Source of the DNA: Xanthobacteraceae bacterium | GTDB taxonomy: Bacteria; Pseudomonadota; Alphaproteobacteria; Rhizobiales; Xanthobacteraceae | DNA: 64,000 nt | Direction: 5' to 3' | Assembly (NCBI GenBank): GCA_035639895.1 | Contig: DASQXF010000143.1 | Span: 7,842 to 71,841 of the forward strand | Shown here: piece by piece, positions 52,046 to 63,132 of the stretch | Layout of the letters: the number at the start of each line of letters is the position of its first letter | Numbering within the stretch: position 1 is the first letter of the stretch | Position numbers and translations under genes: made by a program | The notes under the pieces: model-generated | What the model was told of the DNA's origin: nothing | Seen by the model: only the letters and a program-made list of their open reading frames with translations | Database searches by the model: none

Positions 52046-54613
52046 ATGGCTGAAACGACGGAAAAAACTGGCGAAAAGAAGCTGAGCGTCACCCCGACGA
52101 AGACCTTGACCCTGAAAGGGCGGGGAGTCGAGCAGGGCGTGGTGCGCCAGAGCTTCAGCCATGGCCGCACCAAGGCGGTGGTGGTGGAGAAGGTGAAAAG
52201 CCGCGCGCCGACCCGCGCGAAGGCCGAAGCGGCCACGCCTGCTCCTGCCAAGCGTTCGGGCAAGACGGCGGCGCCGGCGACCGCCGCCGCCACCCAGACC
52301 ATATCGCCCCCGCCCTCCAAGCCGTCCGGCGGCATGGTGTTGCGGAGCTTAACCGAAGAAGAACAGAAGGCGCGCGTCCACGCGCTCAACGACGCCCGGC
52401 TACGAGAAGCGGAAGAGCGCAAGATTGCGGAAGAGGAAGCATTCGTCCGCAGCATGCGCGAGGCCGCCGAGCGAACCGAGCGCGAGGCCGCCGAGGCGCG
52501 CAAGGCCGAAGAAGAGAGGCGCCGCAAGCACGACCTCGAGACCAAGCTCAAGGCCGAGCAGGAAGCGAAGAAACGCTTCGGCGAGGACACCGTCTTGACT
52601 GCAAGGCCGGGCGCGCGGCCCGCGCTCGAGCCGGACGAAGACGATGTTCCGCGCACACGCCGCGGTCCTGGCACCGCGCGACCCGCGCCGGCGCCAAGGG
52701 CGCCTCGCAGTGGAGCGCAGAAGAATCGCAGCCGGCTCACCGTGGTAACCGCGCTCAGCGCCGACGAAGAGCGCGAGCGCTCGGTCGCGGCTTTTCGCCG
52801 CCGCGTGCAGCGGCTGAAGGGACACACGGCGGACGAACCAAAAGAAAAGCTCGTGCGCGAGGTCACTATCCCGGAAACCATCACCATTCAGGAACTCGCC
52901 AACCGCATGGCCGAGCGCAGCGTGGATGTGATCAAGCTGCTGATGAAGCAGGGTCATATGGCGCAGCTCAATGATGTGATCGACGCCGACACAGCCCAGC
53001 TTCTCGCGGAGGAAATGGGTCATACGGTCAAGCGCGTGGCTGAATCCGACGTCGAAGAAGGCCTGTTCGATGTTGCCGACGATCCTGCCTTCTTAGTGTC
53101 GCGCCCCCCGGTCGTGACCGTCATGGGCCACGTCGACCACGGCAAGACGTCGCTGCTCGATGCCATTCGTTCGACCAACGTGGCGGCGGGCGAAGCGGGC
53201 GGTATTACCCAGCATATCGGCGCTTACCAAGTCACCGCGCCCTCGGGCAACAAGATCACCTTCATTGACACACCCGGCCACGCCGCCTTCAGTGCCATGC
53301 GTGCGCGCGGCGCCAGAGTGACCGATATCGTCGTGCTCGTGGTGGCCGCCGACGACGGCGTCATGCCGCAGACGGTTGAGGCGATCAATCACGCCAAGGC
53401 GGCGAAAGTTCCGATGATCGTCGCGATCAACAAAATCGACCGGCCGGACGCCAAGCCGGAACGGGTGCGCACGGAACTGCTCCAGCATGAGGTCCAGGTC
53501 GAATCCCTGGGCGGCCAAGTCCTCGATGTCGAGGTGTCGGCGACCAAGAAACTCAACATCGATCGGCTGCTCGAGACAATCGGCCTGCAGGCGGAAATCC
53601 TCGATCTTAAAGCCAATCCAAACCGGCCGGCTGAAGGAACGGTGATCGAGGCCAAGCTCGACCGCGGCCGCGGACCGGTCGCCACCGTGCTGGTCCAGCG
53701 TGGCACTTTGCGGGGCGGCGACCTCGTCGTAGCCGGCGCCGAGTGGGGCCGTGTGCGCGCGCTGGTTTCGGATACCGGCGCGCCGGTCGAGACGGCGACG
53801 CCTTCCACGCCCGTCGAAGTTCTCGGCTTCAACGGCACACCCGAGGCCGGCGACCGTTTGGCGGTGGTCGAGTCGGAGGGTCGCGCCCGCGAAGTCACCG
53901 CCTACCGTGCCCGGCAGCGGCGCGACAAGATCGCCGCGCGCGCGACCGGCATGCGCGGCTCGCTCGAACAGATGATGAGCCAGCTCAAATCCGCGGGCCG
54001 CAAGGATTTGGCATTGATCGTCAAGGCTGATGTGCAAGGGTCGCTGGAAGCGGTGATCGGCGCCATCGAGAAGCTTACCACCGACGAAGTCGGCGCGCGC
54101 GTGATCCATTCCGGCGTCGGCGGCATCACCGAATCCGACGTGACCTTGGCCGAGGCGTCCGGCGTGCCGATCATCGGGTTCAACGTGCGCGCGCACAAGG
54201 AGGCACGCGAGTCGGCTGAACACGCCGGCATTGAGTTGCGCTACTACAACGTCATCTACGACCTCGTGGACGACGTCAAAAAGGCGATGTCCGGATTGCT
54301 GGCGCCGACCGTGCGCGAGACCATGCTCGGCAGCGCGGCGATTCTTGAAATTTTCAAGGTCTCCAAGGTCGGCAACGTGGCGGGTTGCCGCGTCACCGAC
54401 GGAGTGGTCGAGCGCGGCGCCAATGTACGGCTCATTCGCGACAGCGTTGTCGTGCACGAGGGCAAGCTTTCCCAGCTCAAGCGCTTCAAGGACGATGCGC
54501 GCGAGGTGGTCGCCGGACAGGAATGCGGCATGGCCTTTGAAAACTATCAGGACATGAAGGTCGGCGACGTCATCGAATGCTACCGAGTGGAGACGGTGCA
54601 ACGCTCGCTGTAA
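52046..54613 (+). CDS. infB: translation initiation factor IF-2
   Basis: 855 aa. A Lys/Glu/Ala-rich N-terminal region and a GTPase domain with [17 protein letters not shown] and NKID motifs. Confidence 0.98.
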   Translation: MAETTEKTGEKKLSVTPTKTLTLKGRGVEQGVVRQSFSHGRTKAVVVEKVKSRAPTRAKAEAATPAPAKRSGKTAAPATAAATQTISPPPSKPSGGMVLRSLTEEEQKARVHALNDARLREAEERKIAEEEAFVRSMREAAERTEREAAEARKAEEERRRKHDLETKLKAEQEAKKRFGEDTVLTARPGARPALEPDEDDVPRTRRGPGTARPAPAPRAPRSGAQKNRSRLTVVTALSADEERERSVAAFRRRVQRLKGHTADEPKEKLVREVTIPETITIQELANRMAERSVDVIKLLMKQGHMAQLNDVIDADTAQLLAEEMGHTVKRVAESDVEEGLFDVADDPAFLVSRPPVVTVMGHVDHGKTSLLDAIRSTNVAAGEAGGITQHIGAYQVTAPSGNKITFIDTPGHAAFSAMRARGARVTDIVVLVVAADDGVMPQTVEAINHAKAAKVPMIVAINKIDRPDAKPERVRTELLQHEVQVESLGGQVLDVEVSATKKLNIDRLLETIGLQAEILDLKANPNRPAEGTVIEAKLDRGRGPVATVLVQRGTLRGGDLVVAGAEWGRVRALVSDTGAPVETATPSTPVEVLGFNGTPEAGDRLAVVESEGRAREVTAYRARQRRDKIAARATGMRGSLEQMMSQLKSAGRKDLALIVKADVQGSLEAVIGAIEKLTTDEVGARVIHSGVGGITESDVTLAEASGVPIIGFNVRAHKEARESAEHAGIELRYYNVIYDLVDDVKKAMSGLLAPTVRETMLGSAAILEIFKVSKVGNVAGCRVTDGVVERGANVRLIRDSVVVHEGKLSQLKRFKDDAREVVAGQECGMAFENYQDMKVGDVIECYRVETVQRSL

Positions 54614-54726
54614 GTTCAAGTTTCTCGCGCGCAAAGCGCGTTTAGCCCGTCACCGCCGGGCACGATCTCTTTGCAACACATTCGATGCACGGTCGATCCC
54701 GGGCATGAAGAGCATTTAGGACGATC

Positions 54727-55152
54727 ATGACGCGCCGACGTCATCAGCGCGATCCCGGCACGAGCCACGAGCCCTCGCAGCGTCAGCTGCGGGTCGCTGA
54801 GCTCGTACGCCATGCGCTGGCGGATATGCTCACGCGTGGCGCCGTGCACGATCCCGTGATCCAAGGCCACCTGATCACCGTTCCGGAAGTCCGCATGACG
54901 GCGGACCTGCAACTCGCGACCATCTACATCGTGCCGCTGGGCGGACGCGACGCCGATGCGGTGCTGGCGGCGCTCGAACGCAACAAACGCTTCCTGCGCG
55001 GCGAGATTGCTCGGCGCATCAACTTGAAATTTGCCCCCGAGATTCGGTTCCGCCTCGACGAACGTTTCGATGAAGCCGAGCGAATCGAAAAGTTGTTGCG
55101 AACGCCGGCGGTGCAGCGCGATCTCGACAACAAGACGGACGACGACACTTGA
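54727..55152 (+). CDS. rbfA: ribosome-binding factor A
   Basis: 141 aa. ...[17 protein letters not shown]...[19 protein letters not shown]... Confidence 0.94.
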   Translation: MTRRRHQRDPGTSHEPSQRQLRVAELVRHALADMLTRGAVHDPVIQGHLITVPEVRMTADLQLATIYIVPLGGRDADAVLAALERNKRFLRGEIARRINLKFAPEIRFRLDERFDEAERIEKLLRTPAVQRDLDNKTDDDT

Positions 55153-56108
55153 CGCGGGTCAACGCTGAGGCGGCGCCGGCGCAGATACACAAGCGCGAGA
55201 AGCGAGACGTGCACGGCTGGGTCGTGCTCGACAAGCCCGTGGGCATGAGTTCGACCCACGCGGTAATGCTGGTGAAGCGCCTGTTCCAGGGGAAGCGCGC
55301 CGGCCATGCCGGCACCCTCGACCCGCTCGCCTCTGGCGTGCTGCCGATCGCGCTTGGGGAAGCGACCAAGACCGTTCCGTTCGTCATGGAGGGGCGCAAG
55401 GTCTATCGCTTCACCCTGCGCTGGGGCGAGGAGCGCGATACCGACGATGCCGAAGGTCGCGTCACCGCAAGCAGCGCCGAACGCCCGAGTGCCGCCGCCC
55501 TCGCTGCGCTATTGCCGCGCTTCGTCGGCCAAATCGCACAAGTGCCGCCACGGTTCTCGGCGGTCAAAATCGACGGCGAGCGCGCGTATGATCTCGCACG
55601 CGACGGCGAAGCGGTGGACATCGCGCCACGCCAGGTGGAGATCCACCGTCTCGAACTGATCCAGATGCCTGATCCGGATCACGCAACACTCCTCGCCGAG
55701 TGCGGGAAGGGGACCTACGTGCGCGCGCTCGCCCGCGACCTGGGCCGTGCGCTCGGATGCCTCGGTCATGTCGCGGCGCTGCGCCGCACCGCCGTGGGCC
55801 CTTTCGACGAGGACATCGCCGTGAGCCTGGACGCACTGCAACGTCTTCGCTCCGAGGAAGCCCCCGCGATCGAGCGAGGAGCCCTTCTGCCGGTCGAAAC
55901 CGGGGTGGCGGCGTTGCCAGCACTGCAGGTGAGCTCCAGTGATGCCGGCCGGTTGGCACGTGGTCAGGCGGTACTGCTGCGGGGGCGCGATGCGCCGGTC
56001 CTGGGAGGCTGGGTATCGGTTTCCTCGGGTGGCGCGCTGATCGCGCTGGCACAGGTAGAGAAAGGCGAATTGCGCCCGCGGCGCATATTCAATCTGCCGC
56101 GCGGTTGA
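55149..56108 (+). CDS. truB: tRNA pseudouridine-55 synthase
   Basis: 319 aa with a TTG start overlapping the rbfA stop. ...[15 protein letters not shown]... and [16 protein letters not shown] with the catalytic Asp. Confidence 0.95.
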   Translation: MTRVNAEAAPAQIHKREKRDVHGWVVLDKPVGMSSTHAVMLVKRLFQGKRAGHAGTLDPLASGVLPIALGEATKTVPFVMEGRKVYRFTLRWGEERDTDDAEGRVTASSAERPSAAALAALLPRFVGQIAQVPPRFSAVKIDGERAYDLARDGEAVDIAPRQVEIHRLELIQMPDPDHATLLAECGKGTYVRALARDLGRALGCLGHVAALRRTAVGPFDEDIAVSLDALQRLRSEEAPAIERGALLPVETGVAALPALQVSSSDAGRLARGQAVLLRGRDAPVLGGWVSVSSGGALIALAQVEKGELRPRRIFNLPRG

Positions 56109-56330
56109 CGATGGGGCGAAAGAGGCGCTAGCAAAGTCCTTAACCCCACGTGGTGGCTTTATGCGGCGGCCCAGGTAGCCGCCCGAATTTCCGCTGGCGT
56201 CGCGGTGGATTTTGCGATATTGCCCCGTTGCGCGGGCATTGGCCCGCGCAACCTACTTGTGGCGACCGCGCTGGACGACATCCCGGCCCGGCCGCCGACC
56301 GTAGACCTGACAGGACAAGGACGATAACCG

Positions 56331-56600
56331 ATGTCGATAACCTCCGGCCGCAAGGCCGAAGTCATCAAGACCTATGCGACGAAGAACGGCGATACCGGAT
56401 CGCCGGAAGTGCAGGTGGCGATCCTCTCGGAGCGCATCAACAACCTCACCGAGCATTTCAAAACCCACGTCAAGGACAACCATTCTCGGCGTGGATTGCT
56501 CAAGCTGGTGTCCCAGCGTCGCCAACTTCTCGATTACCTCGCCCGCGTCGACGCAGCGCGTTACAAGTCGTTGATCGAGCGGCTGGGTATTCGCCGTTGA
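56331..56600 (+). CDS. rpsO: 30S ribosomal protein S15
   Basis: 89 aa. [44 protein letters not shown]... Confidence 0.98.
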   Translation: MSITSGRKAEVIKTYATKNGDTGSPEVQVAILSERINNLTEHFKTHVKDNHSRRGLLKLVSQRRQLLDYLARVDAARYKSLIERLGIRR

Positions 56601-56606
56601 AGAATT

Positions 56607-56630
56607 ATGCGCGGCGTGGTCGCGCGTTTT
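56607..56630 (+). terminator. weak intrinsic terminator/attenuator after rpsO
   Basis: Stem GCGCG (56609-56613) / CGCGC (56621-56625), extendable by 2 bp, with a 7-nt loop, then TTTT (56627-56630). Confidence 0.5.
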
Positions 56631-56850
56631 GAAGCGGATACCGGGACAAATCCGCTGTTGCGCCGGCAGCGAACCGTTGCCGGCTTGGAAGATGGGCCGA
56701 ATGATCGCCCATCCGTTTGATGGAAGGCTCGAAGGCCATGGCAGGATCGCCGGACGCTGTCTCGGTTTGCGGCATGGCCGCGGACGGCAGCCTCTCGCCG
56801 TCTTGCTCATGGCTTTCGCTCCTTCGCAAAAACCATGAAAGAAGACCGCA

Positions 56851-59028
56851 ATGTTCGATATCCATCGTGTTGAACTCGACTGGGGAGGGCGCAAGCTCGT
56901 CCTAGAGACCGGCAAGATCGCGCGCCAAGCCGACGGCGCCGTGGTCGCTACCTACGGCGAGTCCAAAGTGCTGGCGACTGTAGTCGCCGCCAAGGAACCG
57001 CGGGAGGGCGTCGATTTTCTGCCCCTCACCGTCGATTATCAGGAGAAATTCTACGCTGCTGGCCGAATCCCCGGGGGCTATTTCAAGCGCGAAGGCCGTC
57101 CTACCGAGAAAGAGACGCTTGTCTCGCGCCTGATCGATCGCCCGGTGCGGCCGCTGTTCGCCGAGGGCTGGCGGAACGAGACGCAAGTGATCGTGACCAC
57201 ACTGTCGCACGATCTCGAGAACGATCCCGATATTTTGGCGATGATCGCCGCTTCGGCAGCGCTGACCCTCTCGGGCGCACCGTTTATGGGCCCGCTGGGC
57301 GCGGCGCGCGTCGGCTTCGTCAACAATGAATACGTGCTCAATCCGTTGCTCGACGAAATGACCGAGAGCCATCTTGATCTCGTCGTCGCCGGCACCCAGG
57401 ACGCGGTGCTGATGGTCGAATCCGAAGCGAAGGAATTGACCGAAGAGGTCATGCTCGGCGCCGTGATGTTCGGCCACCGCCATTTCCAGCCGGTGATCGA
57501 CGCCATCATCAAGCTCGCGGAAAAGGCGGCGAAAGAACCGCGCGAGTTGCAGGTCGTGGACGCCTCGGCACTGGAAAAAGACATGCTCGCGCTGATCGAG
57601 GATGATTTGCGCGCGGCCTATGCCATCGCCAACAAGGCGGAGCGCCACCAAGCAGTCGATGCCGCCAAGGCCAAGGTAGTGGCGCATTTCTGCCCGGACG
57701 GCGTGGAGAAGCCGCCGTATCCCGCGCAGCAGGTTGCTGACGTTTTCAAAACAATCGAAGCCAAGATCGTGCGCTGGAACATTCTCGATACGGGCCGGCG
57801 CATCGACGGCCGCGACGTCAAATCGGTGCGCCCGATTGCCTGCGAGGTCGGAGTGCTGCCCCGTGCGCACGGGTCGGCGCTCTTCACCCGCGGCGAGACC
57901 CAGGCATTGGTGGTCGCAACGCTCGGCACCGGCGAGGATGAGCAGTGGATCGACGCATTGCAGGGAACGTATAAGGAGACGTTTCTCCTGCATTACAACT
58001 TCCCCCCATTCTCGGTAGGCGAGACCGGACGGCTGGGCGGGCCGCGCCGGCGCGAGATCGGCCATGGCAAGCTCGCCTGGCGCGCCATTCATCCGATTCT
58101 GCCGCCCCACCACGAATTCCCTTACACACTGCGTGTGGTGTCTGAAATCACGGAGTCGAATGGCTCTTCCTCGATGGCGACCGTCTGCGGCTCGTCGCTG
58201 GCATTGATGGATGCGGGCGTTCCGGTCACACGCCCAACTGCCGGCATTGCCATGGGCCTGATCCTCGAGGACAAGCGGCATGCGGTGCTCTCCGACATCC
58301 TCGGCGACGAGGACCATCTCGGCGATATGGACTTCAAAGTCGCCGGCACCGAGCGAGGGGTGACCTCGCTGCAGATGGACATCAAGATCGCCGGCATCAC
58401 CGAGGAGATTATGCGGGTTGCGCTCGCCCAGGCCAAAGAGGGGCGCATGCACATCCTCGGTGAAATGGCGAAGGCGATCGCCCAGCACCGGGCTCAGCTC
58501 GGCGAGCACGCGCCGCGCATCGAGGTGTTCAACATTCCAGTCGATAAGATTCGCGAGGTGATCGGCTCCGGCGGCAAGGTGATCCGCGAGATCGTCGAAA
58601 AAACCGGCGCCAAGATCGATATTTCCGACGACGGGACAGTGAAGGTGGCGTCCGCAAACGGCGACGCCATGAAGGCGGCGATCAACTGGATCAAGTCGAT
58701 CGCCTCCGAGCCTGAGGTCGGTCACATTTACGAGGGCACCGTGGTCAAGGTGATGGACTTCGGCGCTTTCGTGAACTTTTTCGGAGCCAAGGACGGGCTC
58801 GTGCACATTAGTCAGCTCGCTCCGCGCCGGGTGCAGAAAGTAACCGACGTCGTCAAGGAAGGCGATAAGGTCAAGGTAAAACTTCTCGGATTCGACGAAC
58901 GGGGCAAAGTGCGCCTCTCCATGAAAGTCGTGGATCAGGCAACCGGCGAGGATTTGGAAGCCAAGCAGAAGGCCGAAGCCGAGCAGCAGCGGGGCGATCA
59001 GGAGCGCGAGGCGGCCGGGGCGGAATAA
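56851..59028 (+). CDS. pnp: polyribonucleotide nucleotidyltransferase (PNPase)
   Basis: 725 aa. [31 protein letters not shown]..., two RNase PH domains, plus KH and S1 domains. Confidence 0.98.
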   Translation: MFDIHRVELDWGGRKLVLETGKIARQADGAVVATYGESKVLATVVAAKEPREGVDFLPLTVDYQEKFYAAGRIPGGYFKREGRPTEKETLVSRLIDRPVRPLFAEGWRNETQVIVTTLSHDLENDPDILAMIAASAALTLSGAPFMGPLGAARVGFVNNEYVLNPLLDEMTESHLDLVVAGTQDAVLMVESEAKELTEEVMLGAVMFGHRHFQPVIDAIIKLAEKAAKEPRELQVVDASALEKDMLALIEDDLRAAYAIANKAERHQAVDAAKAKVVAHFCPDGVEKPPYPAQQVADVFKTIEAKIVRWNILDTGRRIDGRDVKSVRPIACEVGVLPRAHGSALFTRGETQALVVATLGTGEDEQWIDALQGTYKETFLLHYNFPPFSVGETGRLGGPRRREIGHGKLAWRAIHPILPPHHEFPYTLRVVSEITESNGSSSMATVCGSSLALMDAGVPVTRPTAGIAMGLILEDKRHAVLSDILGDEDHLGDMDFKVAGTERGVTSLQMDIKIAGITEEIMRVALAQAKEGRMHILGEMAKAIAQHRAQLGEHAPRIEVFNIPVDKIREVIGSGGKVIREIVEKTGAKIDISDDGTVKVASANGDAMKAAINWIKSIASEPEVGHIYEGTVVKVMDFGAFVNFFGAKDGLVHISQLAPRRVQKVTDVVKEGDKVKVKLLGFDERGKVRLSMKVVDQATGEDLEAKQKAEAEQQRGDQEREAAGAE

Positions 59029-59041
59029 CCTCGTGCGGGGA

Positions 59042-59065
59042 TGGGCGGCCGAATGGTCGCCTTTC
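59042..59065 (+). terminator. intrinsic terminator after pnp
   Basis: A 7-bp stem (59043-59049 with 59054-59060, one G-U pair), a GAAT tetraloop, then TTT (59061-59063). Confidence 0.55.
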
Positions 59066-59115
59066 CTGATTGCGATCAACCTACATGCGCGCTGGAGATA
59101 GCGCGGACCTGAACT

Positions 59116-59955
59116 CTACTGCGCCGCGTCTTTGGCGATAGCGCGCTCGTTCGCCGCGGTCTCGTCCTTGAGCGAGACTGGATGGGGCATGGCGATGACG
59201 TTGTAGCCGGAATCCACGAAGTGGACGTCGCCGGTAACCCCCGTCGAGAGATCCGAAAGCAGATAGAGCGCCGCGCCCCCGATCTCTTCGAGCGTCACGC
59301 CCCGACGTAACGGCGAGTGGCGCTGCTGGAAGGCGAACATCTGCCGCGCGTCGCCGATGCCGGCACCGGCAAGCGTGCGGATCGGTCCTGCGGAGATGGC
59401 GTTGACCCGGATAGCGGCTGGACCGAAATCGACCGCGAGATAGCGCACCGATGCTTCGAGTGCCGCTTTCGCAACCCCCATGACGTTGTAATTCGGCATC
59501 GCGCGCTGGCCGCCATTATAGGTCAGCGTGAGCATCGCGCCGCCGGCCGGCATCAGCGCCGCCGCGCGTTTTGCCGCTTCGGTGAACGAGAAGCAGGAGA
59601 TGATCATGGTACGCACGAAATTCTCGCGCGTGGTGTTGGCATAGCGGCCCTTGAGCTCATTCTTGTCCGAGAAGGCGATGGCGTGAACGAGGAAATCGAG
59701 CGACCCCCATTTCTCCGCAATGGCGGCGAATGCGGCGTCAAGCGACTCGATGTGCTCGACGTCACAGGGAAGCACGAGCGACGCGCCCACCGATTCCGCC
59801 AGCGGCTTGACGCGTCGACCGAGGGCTTCGCCCTGATAGCTGAAGGCGAGGGTTGCACCGTGAGCAGCGAGCGTCCTGGCAATCCCCCACGCGATAGAGT
59901 GGTCGTTGGCCACGCCCATGATCAACCCGCGCTTGCCCTGCATCAACTGCGTCAT
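59116..59955 (-). CDS. fabI: enoyl-[acyl-carrier-protein] reductase (NADH) FabI
   Basis: ORF 59116..60018. Likely start MTQLMQGKRGLIMGVAN (ATG at 59953-59955; 59973 is an alternative). SDR fold with ...SYQGE... and ...YNVMGVAKAALEA... (Tyr/Lys catalytic pair). Confidence 0.94.
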   Translation of the reverse strand: MTQLMQGKRGLIMGVANDHSIAWGIARTLAAHGATLAFSYQGEALGRRVKPLAESVGASLVLPCDVEHIESLDAAFAAIAEKWGSLDFLVHAIAFSDKNELKGRYANTTRENFVRTMIISCFSFTEAAKRAAALMPAGGAMLTLTYNGGQRAMPNYNVMGVAKAALEASVRYLAVDFGPAAIRVNAISAGPIRTLAGAGIGDARQMFAFQQRHSPLRRGVTLEEIGGAALYLLSDLSTGVTGDVHFVDSGYNVIAMPHPVSLKDETAANERAIAKDAAQ

Positions 59956-60021
59956 AGCGCCTGAACTTTCCATACTAGCGCCCGCCACTCGTACGGGCCC
60001 GAATTGATCGTTATGCATTGC

Positions 60022-61239
60022 TCAAACATCGAGATGTTTGAGCACGACCGAAGCGTTGGTACCGCCAAAACCGAACGAGTTCGACAACACGCAGCCGAGT
60101 TTCACGCCATCGCGCCGCTCGCGCACGATCGGCACGCCCGCGAATGCGGGATCGAGATCCTCGATGTTGGCGCTTTCGCAGATGAAGCCGTTGCTCATCA
60201 TCAACAGGGAATAGATCGCCTCCTGCGCGCCGGCAGCCCCCAGCGAATGACCGGTGAGCGATTTCGTCGCTGAAATCGGCGGACATTGCTCGCCGAACAC
60301 CTCGCGGATGGCCTCGATCTCTTTGATGTCCCCGATCGGGGTCGAGGTCGCGTGCGGGTTGATGTAATCGATTGGCGCCTTGACGGCCTTGAGCGCCATC
60401 CGCATGCAGCGCACCGCACCTTCGCCCGACGGCGCCACCATATCGAAGCCATCCGAGGTGGCGCCATAGCCGGCGATTTCGCCGTAGATACGCCCACCGC
60501 GCGCCTTGGCGTGCTCGAGTTCCTCCAGGACCAGGACGCCCGCTCCGCCGGCGATGACAAAGCCGTCGCGACCGACGTCGTAGGCCCGCGACGCCTTTTC
60601 CGGGGTCTCGTTGAAGCTCGAGGACATTGCGCCCATGGCATCGAAGAGCACGGAGAGTGTCCAGTCGAGCTCCTCGCAGCCGCCGGCGAAGATTACGTCT
60701 TGCTTGCCCATCTGGATCATCTCTGCCGCATTGCCGATGCAATGGTTCGAAGTCGCGCACGCCGACGAGATTGAATAGTTGACGCCTTTGATCTTGAACC
60801 AGGTGGCAAGCGTCGCCGATGCGGTGGACGACATCGCCTTGGGCACAGCGAAGGGTCCGACCCGCTTGGGACTCTTGTTGCGGGCGATGTCGGCGGCCTC
60901 GACGATCGCGCGCGTCGATGGTCCACCCGACCCCATGATGATGCCGGTCGTCTCATGGGAGATTTCGTTCTCCTCGAGGCCGGCATCGCGGATCGCCTGC
61001 TCCATGGCGACATGGTTCCAGGCCGCGCCGCCGCCGAGGAAGCGCATGGCGCGGCGATCGATCGCCTCGTCCGCATTGAGAGTGGGCGCTCCGTGCACCT
61101 GACAGCGAAACCCGAGTTCGGCGTATTTATCGGCGCGCGAAATTCCCGATTTGGCTTCACGCAGGCTCGCCAGCACTTCCTGGGTATTGTTGCCGATCGA
61201 CGAGACGATACCCATCCCGGTGACGACGACTCGTCTCAT
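60022..61239 (-). CDS. fabB: 3-oxoacyl-[ACP] synthase I
   Basis: 405 aa, collinear with E. coli FabB: [27 protein letters not shown]..., ISSACATS (active-site Cys), HATSTP and GHSLGAAG. Confidence 0.96.
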   Translation of the reverse strand: MRRVVVTGMGIVSSIGNNTQEVLASLREAKSGISRADKYAELGFRCQVHGAPTLNADEAIDRRAMRFLGGGAAWNHVAMEQAIRDAGLEENEISHETTGIIMGSGGPSTRAIVEAADIARNKSPKRVGPFAVPKAMSSTASATLATWFKIKGVNYSISSACATSNHCIGNAAEMIQMGKQDVIFAGGCEELDWTLSVLFDAMGAMSSSFNETPEKASRAYDVGRDGFVIAGGAGVLVLEELEHAKARGGRIYGEIAGYGATSDGFDMVAPSGEGAVRCMRMALKAVKAPIDYINPHATSTPIGDIKEIEAIREVFGEQCPPISATKSLTGHSLGAAGAQEAIYSLLMMSNGFICESANIEDLDPAFAGVPIVRERRDGVKLGCVLSNSFGFGGTNASVVLKHLDV

Positions 61240-61288
61240 GAATGCCTCGTGCGCATCACGACCCGCGCAGTCAATCCTGCTGCAGCCG

Positions 61289-61819
61289 TCAGCCTCCGCT
61301 CGGCTGCATCACTTCGTCGCGGAACAGGCCGACTTTAAGGTCTATCGCTCGATAGATGATCGAGCCGTCCGCCGAGAGCCAGCCGTCGGCGATGCCAAGC
61401 ACAAGCTTGCTGCGCATGACACGTTTGATGTCGATGCCGTAGACCACTTTCTTGACGGAGGGCAGGACCTGACCGGAAAATTTCAGCTCCCCCAGCCCGA
61501 GTGCGCGTCCCCTGCCGGGCGCTCCGAGCCAGCCCAAGAAGAAGCCGAGCAACTGCCATAACGCGTCAAGGCCCAGGCAGCCCGGCATGACCGGATCGCC
61601 TTTGAAGTGGCAGGGGAAGAACCAGAGGTCCGGCTTGAGATCGAGGACGGCACGAACCAGTCCTTTGCCGTACTCGCCGCCGGCTTCCGCGATCTCGGAG
61701 ATGCGGTCAAACATCAGCATGGGGGGCAAGGGCAACTGGGCATTGCCTGCGCCGAACAACTCGCCGCGCCCGCAGGCCAATAGGTCCTCGTATCCGAAGC
61801 TGTTGCGCCGGTTCGCCAT
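61289..61819 (-). CDS. fabA: 3-hydroxydecanoyl-[ACP] dehydratase/isomerase
   Basis: ORF 61289..61855 trimmed to [23 protein letters not shown]. ...[20 protein letters not shown]... with the active-site His. Confidence 0.95.
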   Translation of the reverse strand: MANRRNSFGYEDLLACGRGELFGAGNAQLPLPPMLMFDRISEIAEAGGEYGKGLVRAVLDLKPDLWFFPCHFKGDPVMPGCLGLDALWQLLGFFLGWLGAPGRGRALGLGELKFSGQVLPSVKKVVYGIDIKRVMRSKLVLGIADGWLSADGSIIYRAIDLKVGLFRDEVMQPSGG

Positions 61820-61982
61820 CCGCATCCTGTCCGTGGCCGCCTGGTCAATACCCAAAGCGTGGAACTCCTAACATAGGCCGCCAGGGGGGCAAAGCCAGCC
61901 AGCCCTTAGCCAAGATAGCCCAGATCCCGCAGATTAGAATCGCCCCAGTCTTCTTGCGAAGGAGTTGCATGTTCGGCACCAT

Positions 61983-62008
61983 ATGTTACAAATGCAACAA
62001 TCGTTGCC
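61983..62008. promoter_or_regulatory. AT-rich quasi-palindromic box ATGTTACAAATGCAACAA plus GCAAC-AATC-GTTGC inverted repeat (candidate operator in the irr promoter), copy B
   Basis: 17/18 identical to 44774-44791. Located 21-46 nt upstream of the irr start. TGCAAC/GTTGC-type hexamers resemble what I recall of Fur/Mur-type sites of Bradyrhizobiaceae. Confidence 0.4.
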
Positions 62009-62028
62009 AGTAGCATAAAGGTTCACCT

Positions 62029-62535
62029 GTGCCCATGACCCCATCGCGCACCGTCGTCTTTACGAATGCGGTGGAGGGCGCCGAGCGTACGGTCGGTAAG
62101 CCTGTGCGTTCCGCGCTCACGGGCTGCCCATGGCACGATGTGAAATCCATGCTCCGGGACGTGGGCTTGCGTCCGACCCGCCAGCGCATGGCGCTCGGCT
62201 GGATCCTTTTCGGCAAGGGCGACCGCCACATCACCGCCGAGATGCTCTACGAGGAAGCAACCAACGCCAAGGTGCCGGTATCGCTGGCCACTGTCTATAA
62301 CACGCTGCACCAGTTCACTGACGTGGGACTGTTGCGCCAGGTCGCCGTTGACGGTTCGAAGACCTATTTCGATACCAATGTGTCGCAGCACCACCATTTC
62401 TTCATCGAGGGTGAGAACGATCTGCTCGATATCCCCGACACCGACGTGGTCGTGGGCAGGACTCCCATCCCGCCGGAGGGCTACGAGGTGGCCCGCATCG
62501 ACGTCGTCGTCCGCCTGCGCCGGAAGGCGCGCTGA
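62029..62535 (+). CDS. irr: iron response regulator Irr (Fur family)
   Basis: 168 aa, starting at GTG 62029 or ATG 62035. LTGCPWHDV heme-regulatory motif, ...LRPTRQRMALGWILFGKGDRHITAEMLYEEA...VSLATVYNTL... and the internal HHH motif (NVSQHHHFF). Closely parallels B. japonicum Irr as I recall it. Confidence 0.95.
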   Translation: MPMTPSRTVVFTNAVEGAERTVGKPVRSALTGCPWHDVKSMLRDVGLRPTRQRMALGWILFGKGDRHITAEMLYEEATNAKVPVSLATVYNTLHQFTDVGLLRQVAVDGSKTYFDTNVSQHHHFFIEGENDLLDIPDTDVVVGRTPIPPEGYEVARIDVVVRLRRKAR

Positions 62536-62592
62536 CAGGTCTTCGTTTTTTATTCGGCTGGACCGCGCTTCCCGCCCATTTGCATTTTTGAG

Positions 62593-63132
62593 CTAGTCCA
62601 CCTTCTCGTTCGGATAAACGCCCCAAAGCTGCTCCTGCAGGGCCCAGCCGTCGAAACCCGGTCCGGCAATGCGGCACCAGCTGCCCGTACAGCGCTTGAT
62701 CGCCGCCAATACTCCGGGCTGCAATCTGGCGATGACGCTGGCGTTGCCGTCGCCCTTGTCGTAGAGCGGCACGAGTTCTTTCTTGTCCTTGGGCGTGACC
62801 ACCGCCGTACGGCGTCCCGACAGTAGCGAGTGGTAGACCCAACCCTCCGAGCCTTCCCAATCGCGGATGCGCCGCCAGTTGTCGGACTCGGCGGTGATTT
62901 CCACCGGCAAACCGGCTCGCGTATAGACAAACGTCACCTCGTGATCACGAGTGGGACCACCCCGCACGTTCACGCGATCCGGCTTGAGGCTCACGAACCG
63001 CGGCATCGGTAATCCGCTCTTGGGCCCTATAGCAAGTTCCCCTGCGGCGCAAACCGGCGTAACGCGCAGTGCCACCGTCAGCGCAACAACCGCTGCCCAC
63101 GCATGCCGATCGATATTGTGCGTTGAATTCAT
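62593..63132 (-). CDS. SH3-like domain protein (DUF1058), secreted
   Basis: 179 aa with a signal peptide. Two bacterial SH3-like segments, ...RFVSLKPDRVNVRGGPTRDHEV..WRRIRDWEGSEGWVYHSLL... and ...LQPGVLAAIKRCTGSWCRI... Confidence 0.85.
   Translation of the reverse strand: MNSTHNIDRHAWAAVVALTVALRVTPVCAAGELAIGPKSGLPMPRFVSLKPDRVNVRGGPTRDHEVTFVYTRAGLPVEITAESDNWRRIRDWEGSEGWVYHSLLSGRRTAVVTPKDKKELVPLYDKGDGNASVIARLQPGVLAAIKRCTGSWCRIAGPGFDGWALQEQLWGVYPNEKVD

Noticed and set aside
51154-54634. Two long minus-strand ORFs (51154..52887, 577 aa; 53093..54634, 513 aa) opposite ylxR and infB.
   Set aside because: Their composition is low-complexity and Ser/Arg/Ala-rich, and they are fully antisense to IF-2. 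They are typical GC-rich shadow frames.
56902-59079. A 725-aa minus-strand ORF exactly mirroring pnp.
   Set aside because: It is an antisense shadow ORF of a high-GC gene. Its composition is Arg/Gly/His/Leu-rich with no recognisable domains, while the plus-strand frame encodes an unmistakable PNPase.
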